From positions 750,001-782,000 of the forward strand of contig NZ_LT934425.1 of NCBI RefSeq assembly GCF_900232105.1: a stretch of 32,000 nt of DNA, given 5' to 3'. Position 1 is the first letter of the stretch. Each line of letters begins with the position of its first letter. Origin of the DNA: Candidatus Kuenenia stuttgartensis (GTDB lineage Bacteria; Planctomycetota; Brocadiia; Brocadiales; Brocadiaceae). The position numbers and the translations under genes are program-made. Of this stretch, positions 16,020 through 24,165 are shown piece by piece. Below the pieces are notes generated by a model. The model made no database searches, was not told where the DNA came from, and saw only the letters and a list, made by a program, of their open reading frames with translations.

Positions 16020-18413
16020 TTACTTTTTGTTTAGGAGAAGGCCGCCATTTGCCCTGTAAAAGAGGGAATCCCCCCGTACAACATCACAAAAGACGTCGCT
16101 CTCTCCCTGGTTGTCAAGCAGCATGCCTATGCCGGTGATTTCTTCTGTTTTTGACGGAAAGGAAAAACCCTGGCTGCTGTCCTTTGCCCGGTAAACGTCA
16201 TCTCCCTGAAAATCCGCCAACACTCCGATACCCTTCTCCATGCCCGCCCCCTGCGAGACGATTTCGCCCGTATAGATGTCATTCCCCATGGTATCAACAA
16301 GAAACCCTATGCCGGTATCGTGCCCACACCCCTGCGAAACGCCAAAAGAACACTCGTATTTGTCGTCACCCCCGTTATCCCCCAGTATTCCAATTGCAGA
16401 ATGTATGCCGGCGCCCTGGGCATAGCGGCTTGCATAGTAGGTATCGCTCCCTTCGGAATCAAACAATAACCCCATTGAAAAATAATATCCGCTGCCCTGA
16501 GAGAAATAGTCGCCATAATACCTGTCCGAGCCTTTTTTATCTATTAATATCCCTATGCCACCGGAAGCCCCCACTATGGTAGTTTCAGGTCTGATGCCCA
16601 TGCCCATTCCCTGCGACATGGATTGAAAGGATTTTTCAGGATCCCTGAAATCAGGGTATTTTCCGCCGGTAAAATAAAAATCGTTTCCATTATCATCTTC
16701 CAATATCCCTATTCCTTTTGTAAACCCGACTCCCTGCGAAAACTGGCGGCTGAAATAAACGTCGTTACCATTGGCGTCTATCAATTGTCCCAATCCAAAA
16801 AAACCAACCCCGCTATTCAACGCATTTCCGCTATAGAAATCATCGCCTTCATTATCTAGTAATAGCCCTACTCCAAATAAACCTGCTCCCTGCGCAAAAT
16901 CCCGTCCCAAATACTTGTCATCACCTTTAACATCCTCAAGAATACCAATTCCAAATCTGCCGGTTCCCTGAACAAATGATTTTGCGGCATTATACGTGTC
17001 ATTACCTGAAAAATCAATGCAAACGGAAACGGGTATTTCTTTACCCGATGCGCCTGCATTATTAGAATAATAATCATTTCCGCCAAGATCCACGATGACC
17101 GCTGCATCATTATAATAATAGGTAGCGCCGGTTCCACCGATGACGATCTTCCCTATGCTTGTATCCTGCACCAGTAAAACATCGCCGGCATAGTCATCGT
17201 CTCCCCCTGCTTCTTTACCGGAAGGAATTTTAATGTTATCTGCACCCTGGAGGAATGCTGGCAGGGTAAACGGCTGTAAAGCCGTTTGCGTCAGATCGCC
17301 GTCATATTTTTTTATATCTTCAATCCTGTGCAGCATCAGTGTTACGGCTTCAAATAATCCTGAAAGATCAACCTTTTGAGACAACTCAAGCACTCTTGCC
17401 ATATCGGATGGCTCAATAGTTTCTTCCTGAACCCATATTTTTTGAGCGGATTGATACAAAAAATCAAACTCATCCTCTGTTAAAGCGTCAAACACTTCCT
17501 TGATAAGCGAAACACAGGGGACAATATCATTGATGAGCCTTTGTATGCTTGCCTGCAAGTCCCCCTCATGGTTTATTTCTTCTCTTTCTGAAAATTCAAC
17601 ATCTAATAACTTTGCCGCAGACAGCACCTGGCCGGCAATGCTTTCTTCCAGAAAAAGATCCCGGATAATTTTACCGGTTTCATACGTATTCATTGGATTT
17701 TGCAGCGAATAATCTATTATGGACAAACGAAACGGATTTGATGCTTCATTTGTCTGATATCCTTCCCTTACGTAAACTTCCTCCCCTATTCTTTGAATAG
17801 TATCGCTGCACATTTTTCTATATGCCCTGTTTTCCATTACAAAGTCCATAAACGATTGCCCTTGTCCTTTTTTGGCACCTTGGGTTAAAAATGTTTTCGG
17901 GGATAAAACAGGGAGACTAACGGGTTTTTTCACATTTTTTAAAAGTTTTGCGATAAGCTCCGGCCTGCACTCAATTACATTGCCATCCCTTAAGACCGTC
18001 AGTGTCGGAACGGCTCCGGCGCCCATAGTTTCTATACTATTTTTGAACCTGATTAAATTCTTCCCTTCATTATCGACAAGAGGTTCATTGTTAATCTTTG
18101 TTATAATATCTCCCGTTTTCATGCCTGCCTTTTCTGCCGGAGAACCTTTTGTTGTTTCTACAACCAAAATGCCTTTGTCCTTTTCATTTTCCATAAAGAT
18201 GCCAATCCACCCCTTATTGAAATGTACCTTTTCCTTATCAAAGCCTGTCTCCGAAAGTTCAAAAAAATTTTCAGGAGAAAAGCTTACATCCCTGACTGAT
18301 ACCGGCACAGCCTCTTTTGCAAAGGCATGGTGAGGTAACATATTTACTGTAAGTGTACAAAAAAGGATTACCCTGTATAAAATTTTTATAACCATATTCA
18401 TATTCATCCTCAT
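16020..18413 (-). CDS. secreted PDZ-domain protein with helical linker and about 12 tandem ~26-aa G(N/D)DxY...QGxG..GxGxLxD repeats (predicted beta-solenoid)
   Basis: Signal peptide ...LTVNMLPHHAFA|KE. PDZ-like segment GWIGIFMENEKDKGILVVETTKGSPAEKAGMKTGDIITKINNE...LTVLRDG. Repeat region from about residue 404 to 797 (nt 16023-17204). The start may be the third or fourth ATG (18401 or 18395), because GAGGA lies inside ATGAGGATGAATATGAATATG. Confidence 0.8.
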   Translation of the reverse strand: MRMNMNMVIKILYRVILFCTLTVNMLPHHAFAKEAVPVSVRDVSFSPENFFELSETGFDKEKVHFNKGWIGIFMENEKDKGILVVETTKGSPAEKAGMKTGDIITKINNEPLVDNEGKNLIRFKNSIETMGAGAVPTLTVLRDGNVIECRPELIAKLLKNVKKPVSLPVLSPKTFLTQGAKKGQGQSFMDFVMENRAYRKMCSDTIQRIGEEVYVREGYQTNEASNPFRLSIIDYSLQNPMNTYETGKIIRDLFLEESIAGQVLSAAKLLDVEFSEREEINHEGDLQASIQRLINDIVPCVSLIKEVFDALTEDEFDFLYQSAQKIWVQEETIEPSDMARVLELSQKVDLSGLFEAVTLMLHRIEDIKKYDGDLTQTALQPFTLPAFLQGADNIKIPSGKEAGGDDDYAGDVLLVQDTSIGKIVIGGTGATYYYNDAAVIVDLGGNDYYSNNAGASGKEIPVSVCIDFSGNDTYNAAKSFVQGTGRFGIGILEDVKGDDKYLGRDFAQGAGLFGVGLLLDNEGDDFYSGNALNSGVGFFGLGQLIDANGNDVYFSRQFSQGVGFTKGIGILEDDNGNDFYFTGGKYPDFRDPEKSFQSMSQGMGMGIRPETTIVGASGGIGILIDKKGSDRYYGDYFSQGSGYYFSMGLLFDSEGSDTYYASRYAQGAGIHSAIGILGDNGGDDKYECSFGVSQGCGHDTGIGFLVDTMGNDIYTGEIVSQGAGMEKGIGVLADFQGDDVYRAKDSSQGFSFPSKTEEITGIGMLLDNQGESDVFCDVVRGDSLFYRANGGLLLNKK

Positions 18414-18564
18414 TTATCTTCGTTCGTAACGAAGCAACCGCTTCGTTCTACAAGTTTGAAATTCCTAAGCCGGCATAGCCAGAACCAAACTAGAAATAAA
18501 AAACATGAAAACACTTTCCGGCAGCATAATCAACATTGTGTGTTTATACGCCCTTTATATTTGC

Positions 18565-18593
18565 TTGACAAGATAAATTAAAGCTAATATCAT
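18565..18593 (+). promoter_or_regulatory. putative sigma70-like promoter for the REC-HD-GYP gene
   Basis: TTGACA (18565-18570), 17-nt spacer, TATCAT (18588-18593). This would give a leader of about 100 nt before the ATG at 18700. Confidence 0.45.
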
Positions 18594-18699
18594 AACCAAA
18601 CGTCACGTTTTTAACCCGCCGCGATGAGGCTTGCAGCATGGGTAAACCATCAGTACGCCCATCAAAAATAACATAACATTTAACCAATATACCTATACA

Positions 18700-19707
18700 A
18701 TGGAACTTTTGTATCCGGAAAAAGAAAAACCACCATTAATCCTCGTTGTAGATGACGTTGAGGCACACCTTGAACTCATAGAAGCGGTATTGACCACAGA
18801 AAGATATAGGGTTGAAGCTACCACCGACGTAAAAAAAGCCATTCGGTTCACTGAAACTCATTCTCCTGAATTAGCCATTCTGGATGTAATGATGCCGGGG
18901 ATGAATGGCTACGAATTGTGTAAAAGACTGAAGTCTACCTCCAGGAGAAAGTTCTTCCCTATAATCCTCGTGACAAGTCTCAATCAGGTAGAAGACAAAA
19001 TAACAGGACTTGAGGCAGGGGCAGACGATTTTTTCAGCAAACCATTCAACACCCTCGAACTTATTACAAAGATTCGCTCCCTCATTAAACTTGAGAGACT
19101 CCAGGATGAACTGGAATGCTCAGAAGATATAATCTTTACCCTCGCAATTACCATCGAGGCTAAAGATTACTATACAAAAGGACATTCAGAAAGGGTTGGC
19201 AATTTGTCGGCGGAATTTGCCGGTTTTTTAGGATTTCCTGATAAAGATATCATTAGTATCAGAAAAGGCGGCATATTGCACGACATTGGAAAGATTGGAA
19301 TAAATGAAGCAATACTTCTAAAAAGCGCCCGTCTTTCCGAAGATGAAACAACCCTGGTGAGAGACCACCCTGTGATCGGATCAAAAATCTGCAAACCATT
19401 ATATTCCTTACGCCAGGCACTCCCTATTATAAGAAGCCACCACGAGAGATGGGACGGAAAAGGCTACCCTGACGGACTTACGGGCAATGAAATACCTGTT
19501 ATGGCAAGAATGGTAAATATTATTGACACATTCGATGCGATGACGTCTATAAGACCTTACAGGAATGGTGTTTTTACGCGGGAAGAAGTCATAGCCACCA
19601 TGAAGAAGGAAAAAATGTCAGGACAATGGGATCCCCATCTTACGGGAAAATTTATAGAAATGATGGAAAAGCAGTATCTGAATCAATGGCCGCTGAAAAG
19701 AGATTAA
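18700..19707 (+). CDS. response regulator with HD-GYP domain (RpfG-type c-di-GMP phosphodiesterase)
   Basis: REC domain: LILVVDDVEA, phospho-acceptor in AILDVMMPGMNG, and FFSKP. HD-GYP domain: GHSERV, ILHDIGKIGI, HHERWDGKGYPDGL. Confidence 0.88.
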   Translation: MELLYPEKEKPPLILVVDDVEAHLELIEAVLTTERYRVEATTDVKKAIRFTETHSPELAILDVMMPGMNGYELCKRLKSTSRRKFFPIILVTSLNQVEDKITGLEAGADDFFSKPFNTLELITKIRSLIKLERLQDELECSEDIIFTLAITIEAKDYYTKGHSERVGNLSAEFAGFLGFPDKDIISIRKGGILHDIGKIGINEAILLKSARLSEDETTLVRDHPVIGSKICKPLYSLRQALPIIRSHHERWDGKGYPDGLTGNEIPVMARMVNIIDTFDAMTSIRPYRNGVFTREEVIATMKKEKMSGQWDPHLTGKFIEMMEKQYLNQWPLKRD

Positions 19708-19810
19708 CGTTAATGAGTCTGTGATTGGCTCATAGCAATCTGGCTAATGGCTATCGTTTTTAATCTGTACTACTATCCATCAACTCGTGGCTAAATAAAA
19801 AGGAGACTAT

Positions 19811-19999
19811 GTGAAAAATATAACACTTGAAACTATTTGCAAAAAGATTACTGATCTGCAGCATGATATAAATCTGATTAAGAAGATTCTTTTAGAGGAG
19901 CCAGAGTTACGTGAAGATTTTATTTTACGGATAAGAGATATTGACCTGGAAAGGTCCATTATAGTTGATGACTTCAAAGAGAGATACGGACTAAAATAG
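19811..19999 (+). CDS. antitoxin-like small protein of a RelE-type TA pair
   Basis: GTG start preceded by AAGGAG (5-nt spacer). 62-aa helical, acidic protein. Its stop TAG (19997-19999) overlaps by 1 nt the GTG of the downstream RelE-like reading frame. Confidence 0.6.
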   Translation: MKNITLETICKKITDLQHDINLIKKILLEEPELREDFILRIRDIDLERSIIVDDFKERYGLK

Positions 20000-20265
20000 T
20001 GTATAAGCTTGCCACTAAGGAAAGTCTTGACAAGAAGTTCAAAAGACTTCAGAAAAAAGACAAAGAAATGCTGCGGTTAATTAATCGGAAAGTACAAGAG
20101 ATATTGGCAGATCCTTATCGTTTTAAACCGCTGAAAAAACCATTGCAAAATAAACAAAGAGTTCACGTCTGAGGATCATTCGTTTTGGTTTATGAGATAA
20201 ATAAAAAAGAAAAGATTGTAACACTTTTCGATTTTGATCGTCATGATAATATCTATAAAGATTAA
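19999..20265 (+). pseudogene. RelE/ParE-family toxin gene interrupted by an in-frame TGA (20170-20172)
   Basis: VYKLATKESLDKKFKRLQKKDKEMLRLINRKVQEILADPYRFKPLKKPLQNKQRVHV*GSFVLVYEINKKEKIVTLFDFDRHDNIYKD is one frame of 88 codons. The layout is RelE-like (PYRFKPL...; FVLVYEI; ..RHDNIY). Both halves are under 60 aa, so neither appears in the ORF track. Confidence 0.65.
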
Positions 20266-20362
20266 CTACAGTGTTACGTTTTTTGACATTTGAATTTGTT
20301 TCGTATTTCGAATTTGGTTGCGGCCAAAGGCCGCGCCAGGAAATCTGTGGTTCCCTCGTCGG

Positions 20363-20446
20363 CAGTCTTCAGTCTACAATCGACAATCGGCAATCGGCAA
20401 ATTGCAGATTGAGGACTGAGGATTGCAGATTGAGGATTGATGACTG
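20363..20446. repeat. phased array of 12 heptamers with dyad symmetry (CARTCNN x5-6, then NNGAYTG x6)
   Basis: The array reads cagtctt cagtcta caatcga caatcgg caatcgg caaattg cagattg aggactg aggattg cagattg aggattg atgactg, with no phase break. The left and right halves are reverse-complement related through 5-bp cores (CAATC/GATTG) separated by 2-nt mismatches. It ends 25 nt before the kinase ATG. Confidence 0.8.
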
Positions 20447-20471
20447 TTAACAGATTGTTTCTTTAAATAAT

Positions 20472-23400
20472 ATGGAGTCTGGCAGTATGATAAAAATTGC
20501 CATAGCGGGTGCAGGAAAGGGCGGCAAAGCCCTTCTTGATATATTTCACAACAATGGCGAGACACAGGTAGTCGGCATAACCGATAAGGACAAGAATGCG
20601 CCCGCCCTGCGCCTCGCTAAAGAATGTGGAATTTTTAGTACAGATACCATTGATGAACTCTATTGTCAAAAACCAGACATTATTCTCAACGTTACCGGCA
20701 ACGCTGAGATAAGTGAATATATCAGAAAATCTTCCCCCAATCCTGTAGAGGTTATAGAGGGTACAGGGGCAAGATTCCTCTGGGAATTAGTAAGTAAACA
20801 GCAAGAAGCCAGAAAGGACATGGAGGCACTGTATCAAAGCGGGCTACTCATTACACGATCTAAAAGTTTAACCGGCGCCCTTGACGAGGCGCTTGGTTCC
20901 GCCTTGAGGCTTACGGACACACCTGCCGGGAGCATTGCAATCATTGACGGCGAAGAAATGATTATGGCCTCTCAAAAAGGCTTAAGCCGCGATTTCCTGA
21001 AATCATTGCGATGGAAACCCAGAGGGGATGGCATTACCCGATATATACTGGAACAAACCAAGCCGGTCGAGTTTCAGGATGTTGAGAAGGAACCGATGTT
21101 TAATGATACGGTGATTTTAAAAGAAGGTATAAAATCTCTCCTTGCAGCGCCGCTCCTTCTAAACGGCAGTGTAGTCGGCATACTCTATTTAGACGATTTC
21201 AAGCCACGGGTATTTACCGAAAGACATAAAAACCTCATAAAACTCTTTTCTACAATGGCCGCCCAGACAATTGAAAAGTATAAATTACTCCACGACCTGG
21301 AAGCATCCTTAATGTATTTTCAGGGGATGCTGGATGATTCGGGCGACATAATTATCACCACTGACTGCGAAGGCAATATTGTGAAGTTTTCAAAGGGCGG
21401 CGAGAAAATTTTAGGCTACAAGGAACATGAGATCAGAGGCAAAAAATGCTCCGAACTCTACGTAAATAAAGGGGAACGGACGAATATCCTCGAAGCACTC
21501 AGGGGAAAGAGTTCTCTCTCCAATTATGAAACAACACTCCTCAAAAAAGATAACACCCCGGTTGATATAAGCCTCACTATTTCGGAGTTGCGGGATAAGA
21601 CAGGTAACGTCATAGGCACCGTAGGGATAAGCAAAGACATTACCGAAGAAAAACGCATGAAAGGTGAACTGGAGAAGAAGAATAAGGAACTTGAGGAACT
21701 GACCAACAACCTGGAAGAAAAGGTGCTTGAGAGAACAAACGCGCTTGAAAAAATGAACAGGGAGCTTGTCAGGGCAAACGAACTGAAAGGACGTTTCATC
21801 GCAAACGCAAGCCACGAACTCAGGACACCTCTTCATTCCATAATAGGTTTCTCAGAAATACTGCTCCAAAAAACCTTTGGAGATTTAACCGAAAAACAAC
21901 AAAGATACCTGAACACCATCTTTGGTTCTGCCAAACATCTCCTTTATCTGGTGAATAATATCCTGGATCTGGCAAAAATAGATGCTGGTAAGGCTGAAAT
22001 TTCCTATCAGACATTTCCGGTGAAAAGCGTCATTGATGAAGTATTAGTGGTAATAAGGCCACTTGCGGACCGGAAGATGATAGTGCCTGAGACAGTGGTC
22101 CATCATGACGTCTATTTTACCGCAGACAAGATAAAGTTTAAGCAAATCCTCTACAACCTGATAAGCAATGCAATTAAGTTTACGGCGGATAGCGGCAATG
22201 TAGGCATTGCCATTGAAAAGATAATCAGCGATAAAAAAACCTTCCCATGGGTAACAGAATCGCAGGAGTTCCTTAAGGTCTCCGTGTGGGATACGGGAAT
22301 AGGCATCAAACCGGAAGACAGAGAGCGGATCTTTGAGGAATTTGAGCAGATCGATTCCTCAAAATCCACGGAGGGCACGGGACTCGGCCTTTCGCTTACG
22401 AAAAAACTCGTGGAAATACACGGGGGACATATCACGGTTGAAGGCATTTATGGGCAGGGTTCGGTCTTTAATGTCTACATGCCCTTCATAGTCAGGGAAG
22501 GATACGGTGCTGTAAAGGCATCCATGACTTCCCTGACGGCCTTGCCAGAAGAAGAACAACAAGGGCCACTGATACTTGTGGTGGAAGATGATTTACCGAC
22601 AGCCGAGATTCTGGACATCCATCTTACCCAGGCAGGTTACCGGGCAGCGCATGCCTATGACGGAGAAGAAGCATTACGTAAGGCAAAGGAACTCAGGCCA
22701 TTTGCGATTACCCTTGATATTATGCTTCCAAAAAAAGACGGTTTGGCGGTACTTCAGGAGCTTAAGGCGGATGCGGAAACCAGAAATATTCCGGTAATAA
22801 TCCATTCTATTGTGGAGAATAAAGAGCTGGCTTTTGCCTTGGGGGCAGCAGACTACCTGGTAAAACCAGTGGAAAAGACAACTCTTCTCGAGAAACTTTC
22901 GGAAATGTCTTTTGTCACAAAGAAAAGCCATTTTCCAGTAAACATTCTTGTTATTACCAGCGATGAAACCACCATGGGGACCCTTCATAGCACCATTGAA
23001 AATGAAGGGTTTCTGATGCAGACTGCCACTGATGTTGAAAGTGGACTTAGCCTTGCATTGGCGACAAAGCCGAATTCTATTATCATTGATTTGGGCATAC
23101 AGGAGGGAGGATTTAAAATAATCAGAGAATTTCAGGAAAATCCCGCCTTGAAAGACATACCCATTTTTGCCATTGCCGCAGAAACACTTTCTCCAAACGA
23201 ACGGTTGGAAATGGTAGATCAGATAGAATGGGTTTTATGGAGGGAATCATTAAGCTCAAAATCATTTATAAATCATTTGAAGGATATCGAGATCATGCAC
23301 CCGAAAAGGGCGGGGCTTATTGATGAACTGACCATGATTTTCAATCACCGGTATTTTCAGATACGGCTGGTGCAGGAAACATTGAGGGCGGAACGATATA

Positions 23401-23819
23401 ATCTGCCGCTGGCGCTTATACTTTTCGATATTGATCACTTTGACAACTATGTTGCCCGGAAGGGAGAGTACTATGGCAATCTCGTCATTAAAAAAACCTC
23501 CGGGCTTGTCAAGAAAAACACAAGGGGGTCTGATATTTTTATCCGGTACGGAAACAGCACTTTTGCCCTGCTGCTGACAAATACCATTATGTCGTCCGCA
23601 ACCAACCTCGCAAAGAGATTTGTCTCAACAATCCACGATTATCCGTTCCTTTATGAAGAGGTTCAGCCTATGGGCAAGATCACCATAAGCCTGGGTCTTG
23701 TTGAATTTAAGGCGCAGTCTCCTGAAGAATTCGTCTATGCCGCCGAATTTTCACTCTCTGCTGCAGCAGCAAAGGGCAGAAACAGGGTAGAAGTGTATAG
23801 GAAAGGCGATAAAACATAA
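20472..23819 (+). CDS. hybrid sensor: Rossmann-like N-domain, GAF, PAS, HisKA, HATPase_c, REC, pseudo-REC, degenerate GGDEF
   Basis: GxGxxG IAIAGAGKGG with an acidic residue in VVGITDKD. GAF (about residues 125-270) and PAS (about 280-392), then a coiled coil. H-box FIANASHELRTPL. N and G boxes NLISNAIKFT, DTGIGI, GTGLGLS. REC1 has VVEDD..LDIMLPKKDG..LVKP. REC2 (about 824-930) lacks the conserved T and K. The GGDEF fold has RYGNSTF in place of GGDEF. The start may be Met6 (20487). Confidence 0.88.
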   Translation: MESGSMIKIAIAGAGKGGKALLDIFHNNGETQVVGITDKDKNAPALRLAKECGIFSTDTIDELYCQKPDIILNVTGNAEISEYIRKSSPNPVEVIEGTGARFLWELVSKQQEARKDMEALYQSGLLITRSKSLTGALDEALGSALRLTDTPAGSIAIIDGEEMIMASQKGLSRDFLKSLRWKPRGDGITRYILEQTKPVEFQDVEKEPMFNDTVILKEGIKSLLAAPLLLNGSVVGILYLDDFKPRVFTERHKNLIKLFSTMAAQTIEKYKLLHDLEASLMYFQGMLDDSGDIIITTDCEGNIVKFSKGGEKILGYKEHEIRGKKCSELYVNKGERTNILEALRGKSSLSNYETTLLKKDNTPVDISLTISELRDKTGNVIGTVGISKDITEEKRMKGELEKKNKELEELTNNLEEKVLERTNALEKMNRELVRANELKGRFIANASHELRTPLHSIIGFSEILLQKTFGDLTEKQQRYLNTIFGSAKHLLYLVNNILDLAKIDAGKAEISYQTFPVKSVIDEVLVVIRPLADRKMIVPETVVHHDVYFTADKIKFKQILYNLISNAIKFTADSGNVGIAIEKIISDKKTFPWVTESQEFLKVSVWDTGIGIKPEDRERIFEEFEQIDSSKSTEGTGLGLSLTKKLVEIHGGHITVEGIYGQGSVFNVYMPFIVREGYGAVKASMTSLTALPEEEQQGPLILVVEDDLPTAEILDIHLTQAGYRAAHAYDGEEALRKAKELRPFAITLDIMLPKKDGLAVLQELKADAETRNIPVIIHSIVENKELAFALGAADYLVKPVEKTTLLEKLSEMSFVTKKSHFPVNILVITSDETTMGTLHSTIENEGFLMQTATDVESGLSLALATKPNSIIIDLGIQEGGFKIIREFQENPALKDIPIFAIAAETLSPNERLEMVDQIEWVLWRESLSSKSFINHLKDIEIMHPKRAGLIDELTMIFNHRYFQIRLVQETLRAERYNLPLALILFDIDHFDNYVARKGEYYGNLVIKKTSGLVKKNTRGSDIFIRYGNSTFALLLTNTIMSSATNLAKRFVSTIHDYPFLYEEVQPMGKITISLGLVEFKAQSPEEFVYAAEFSLSAAAAKGRNRVEVYRKGDKT

Positions 23820-24088
23820 ATACAGTATCAATTTAGAAATACAAGCAGTCATCATGTTTCATTTGCACAACACACAGAAACAATGAAAATGGTTTTATAA
23901 CCATATCGTGTTGTAGTATATGTGCTTAAGCTATTTTTTGTAGTCTTACTTTCGAGGCAGAAGAATAGATGCTGATCAACCCTGTTTTACTGCATGCCGA
24001 CAGGGGGGATTATTGGGGTGTTTGAAACTCCTAAACTTTAAATTAGGTTGGGTTTTTAAAAGACAAAAACCTAACGGCATTCATTTTT

Positions 24089-24143
24089 ACCCACCCCTCC
24101 CAAAAGGAGGAATTTGATAATCCTTCTCTTGGGAGGGGTGGGT
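24089..24143. repeat. GC-rich inverted repeat (ACCCACCCCTCCCA...TGGGAGGGGTGGGT) upstream of the DUF362 gene
   Basis: 14-nt perfect arms at 24089-24102 and 24130-24143 with a 27-nt spacer. It ends 22 nt before the ATG at 24166. Related GGGAGGGGTG-type motifs occur at 8266-8275 and within 11640-11665. Confidence 0.7.
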
Positions 24144-24165
24144 TTGTTCAAAGAAGGATAGAAAT

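Noticed and set aside
15890-16582. ORFs 15890-16138 and 16151-16582 (+) plus other antisense ORFs inside 16020-18413
   Set aside because: They lie antisense to the long, motif-rich PDZ/solenoid gene. Their Pro/Arg/Cys-rich composition is typical of the reverse frame of Gly/Asp-rich repeats.
20170-20172. TGA in the RelE-like frame as selenocysteine or programmed read-through
   Set aside because: No stable SECIS-like hairpin follows the codon, and no selenoprotein context is present. Simple nonsense inactivation or a sequencing error is more parsimonious.
20320-20334. GCGGCC-aaa-GGCCGC hairpin after the toxin pseudogene as an intrinsic terminator
   Set aside because: The stem is GC-rich, but it is followed by GCCAGGAAATC rather than a U-tract. 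It may simply be part of the adjacent repeat fragment.
20363-20446. Possible CRISPR array
   Set aside because: The units are 7 nt with no spacers, the array has dyad rather than direct-repeat organisation, and no cas genes are present in the window.
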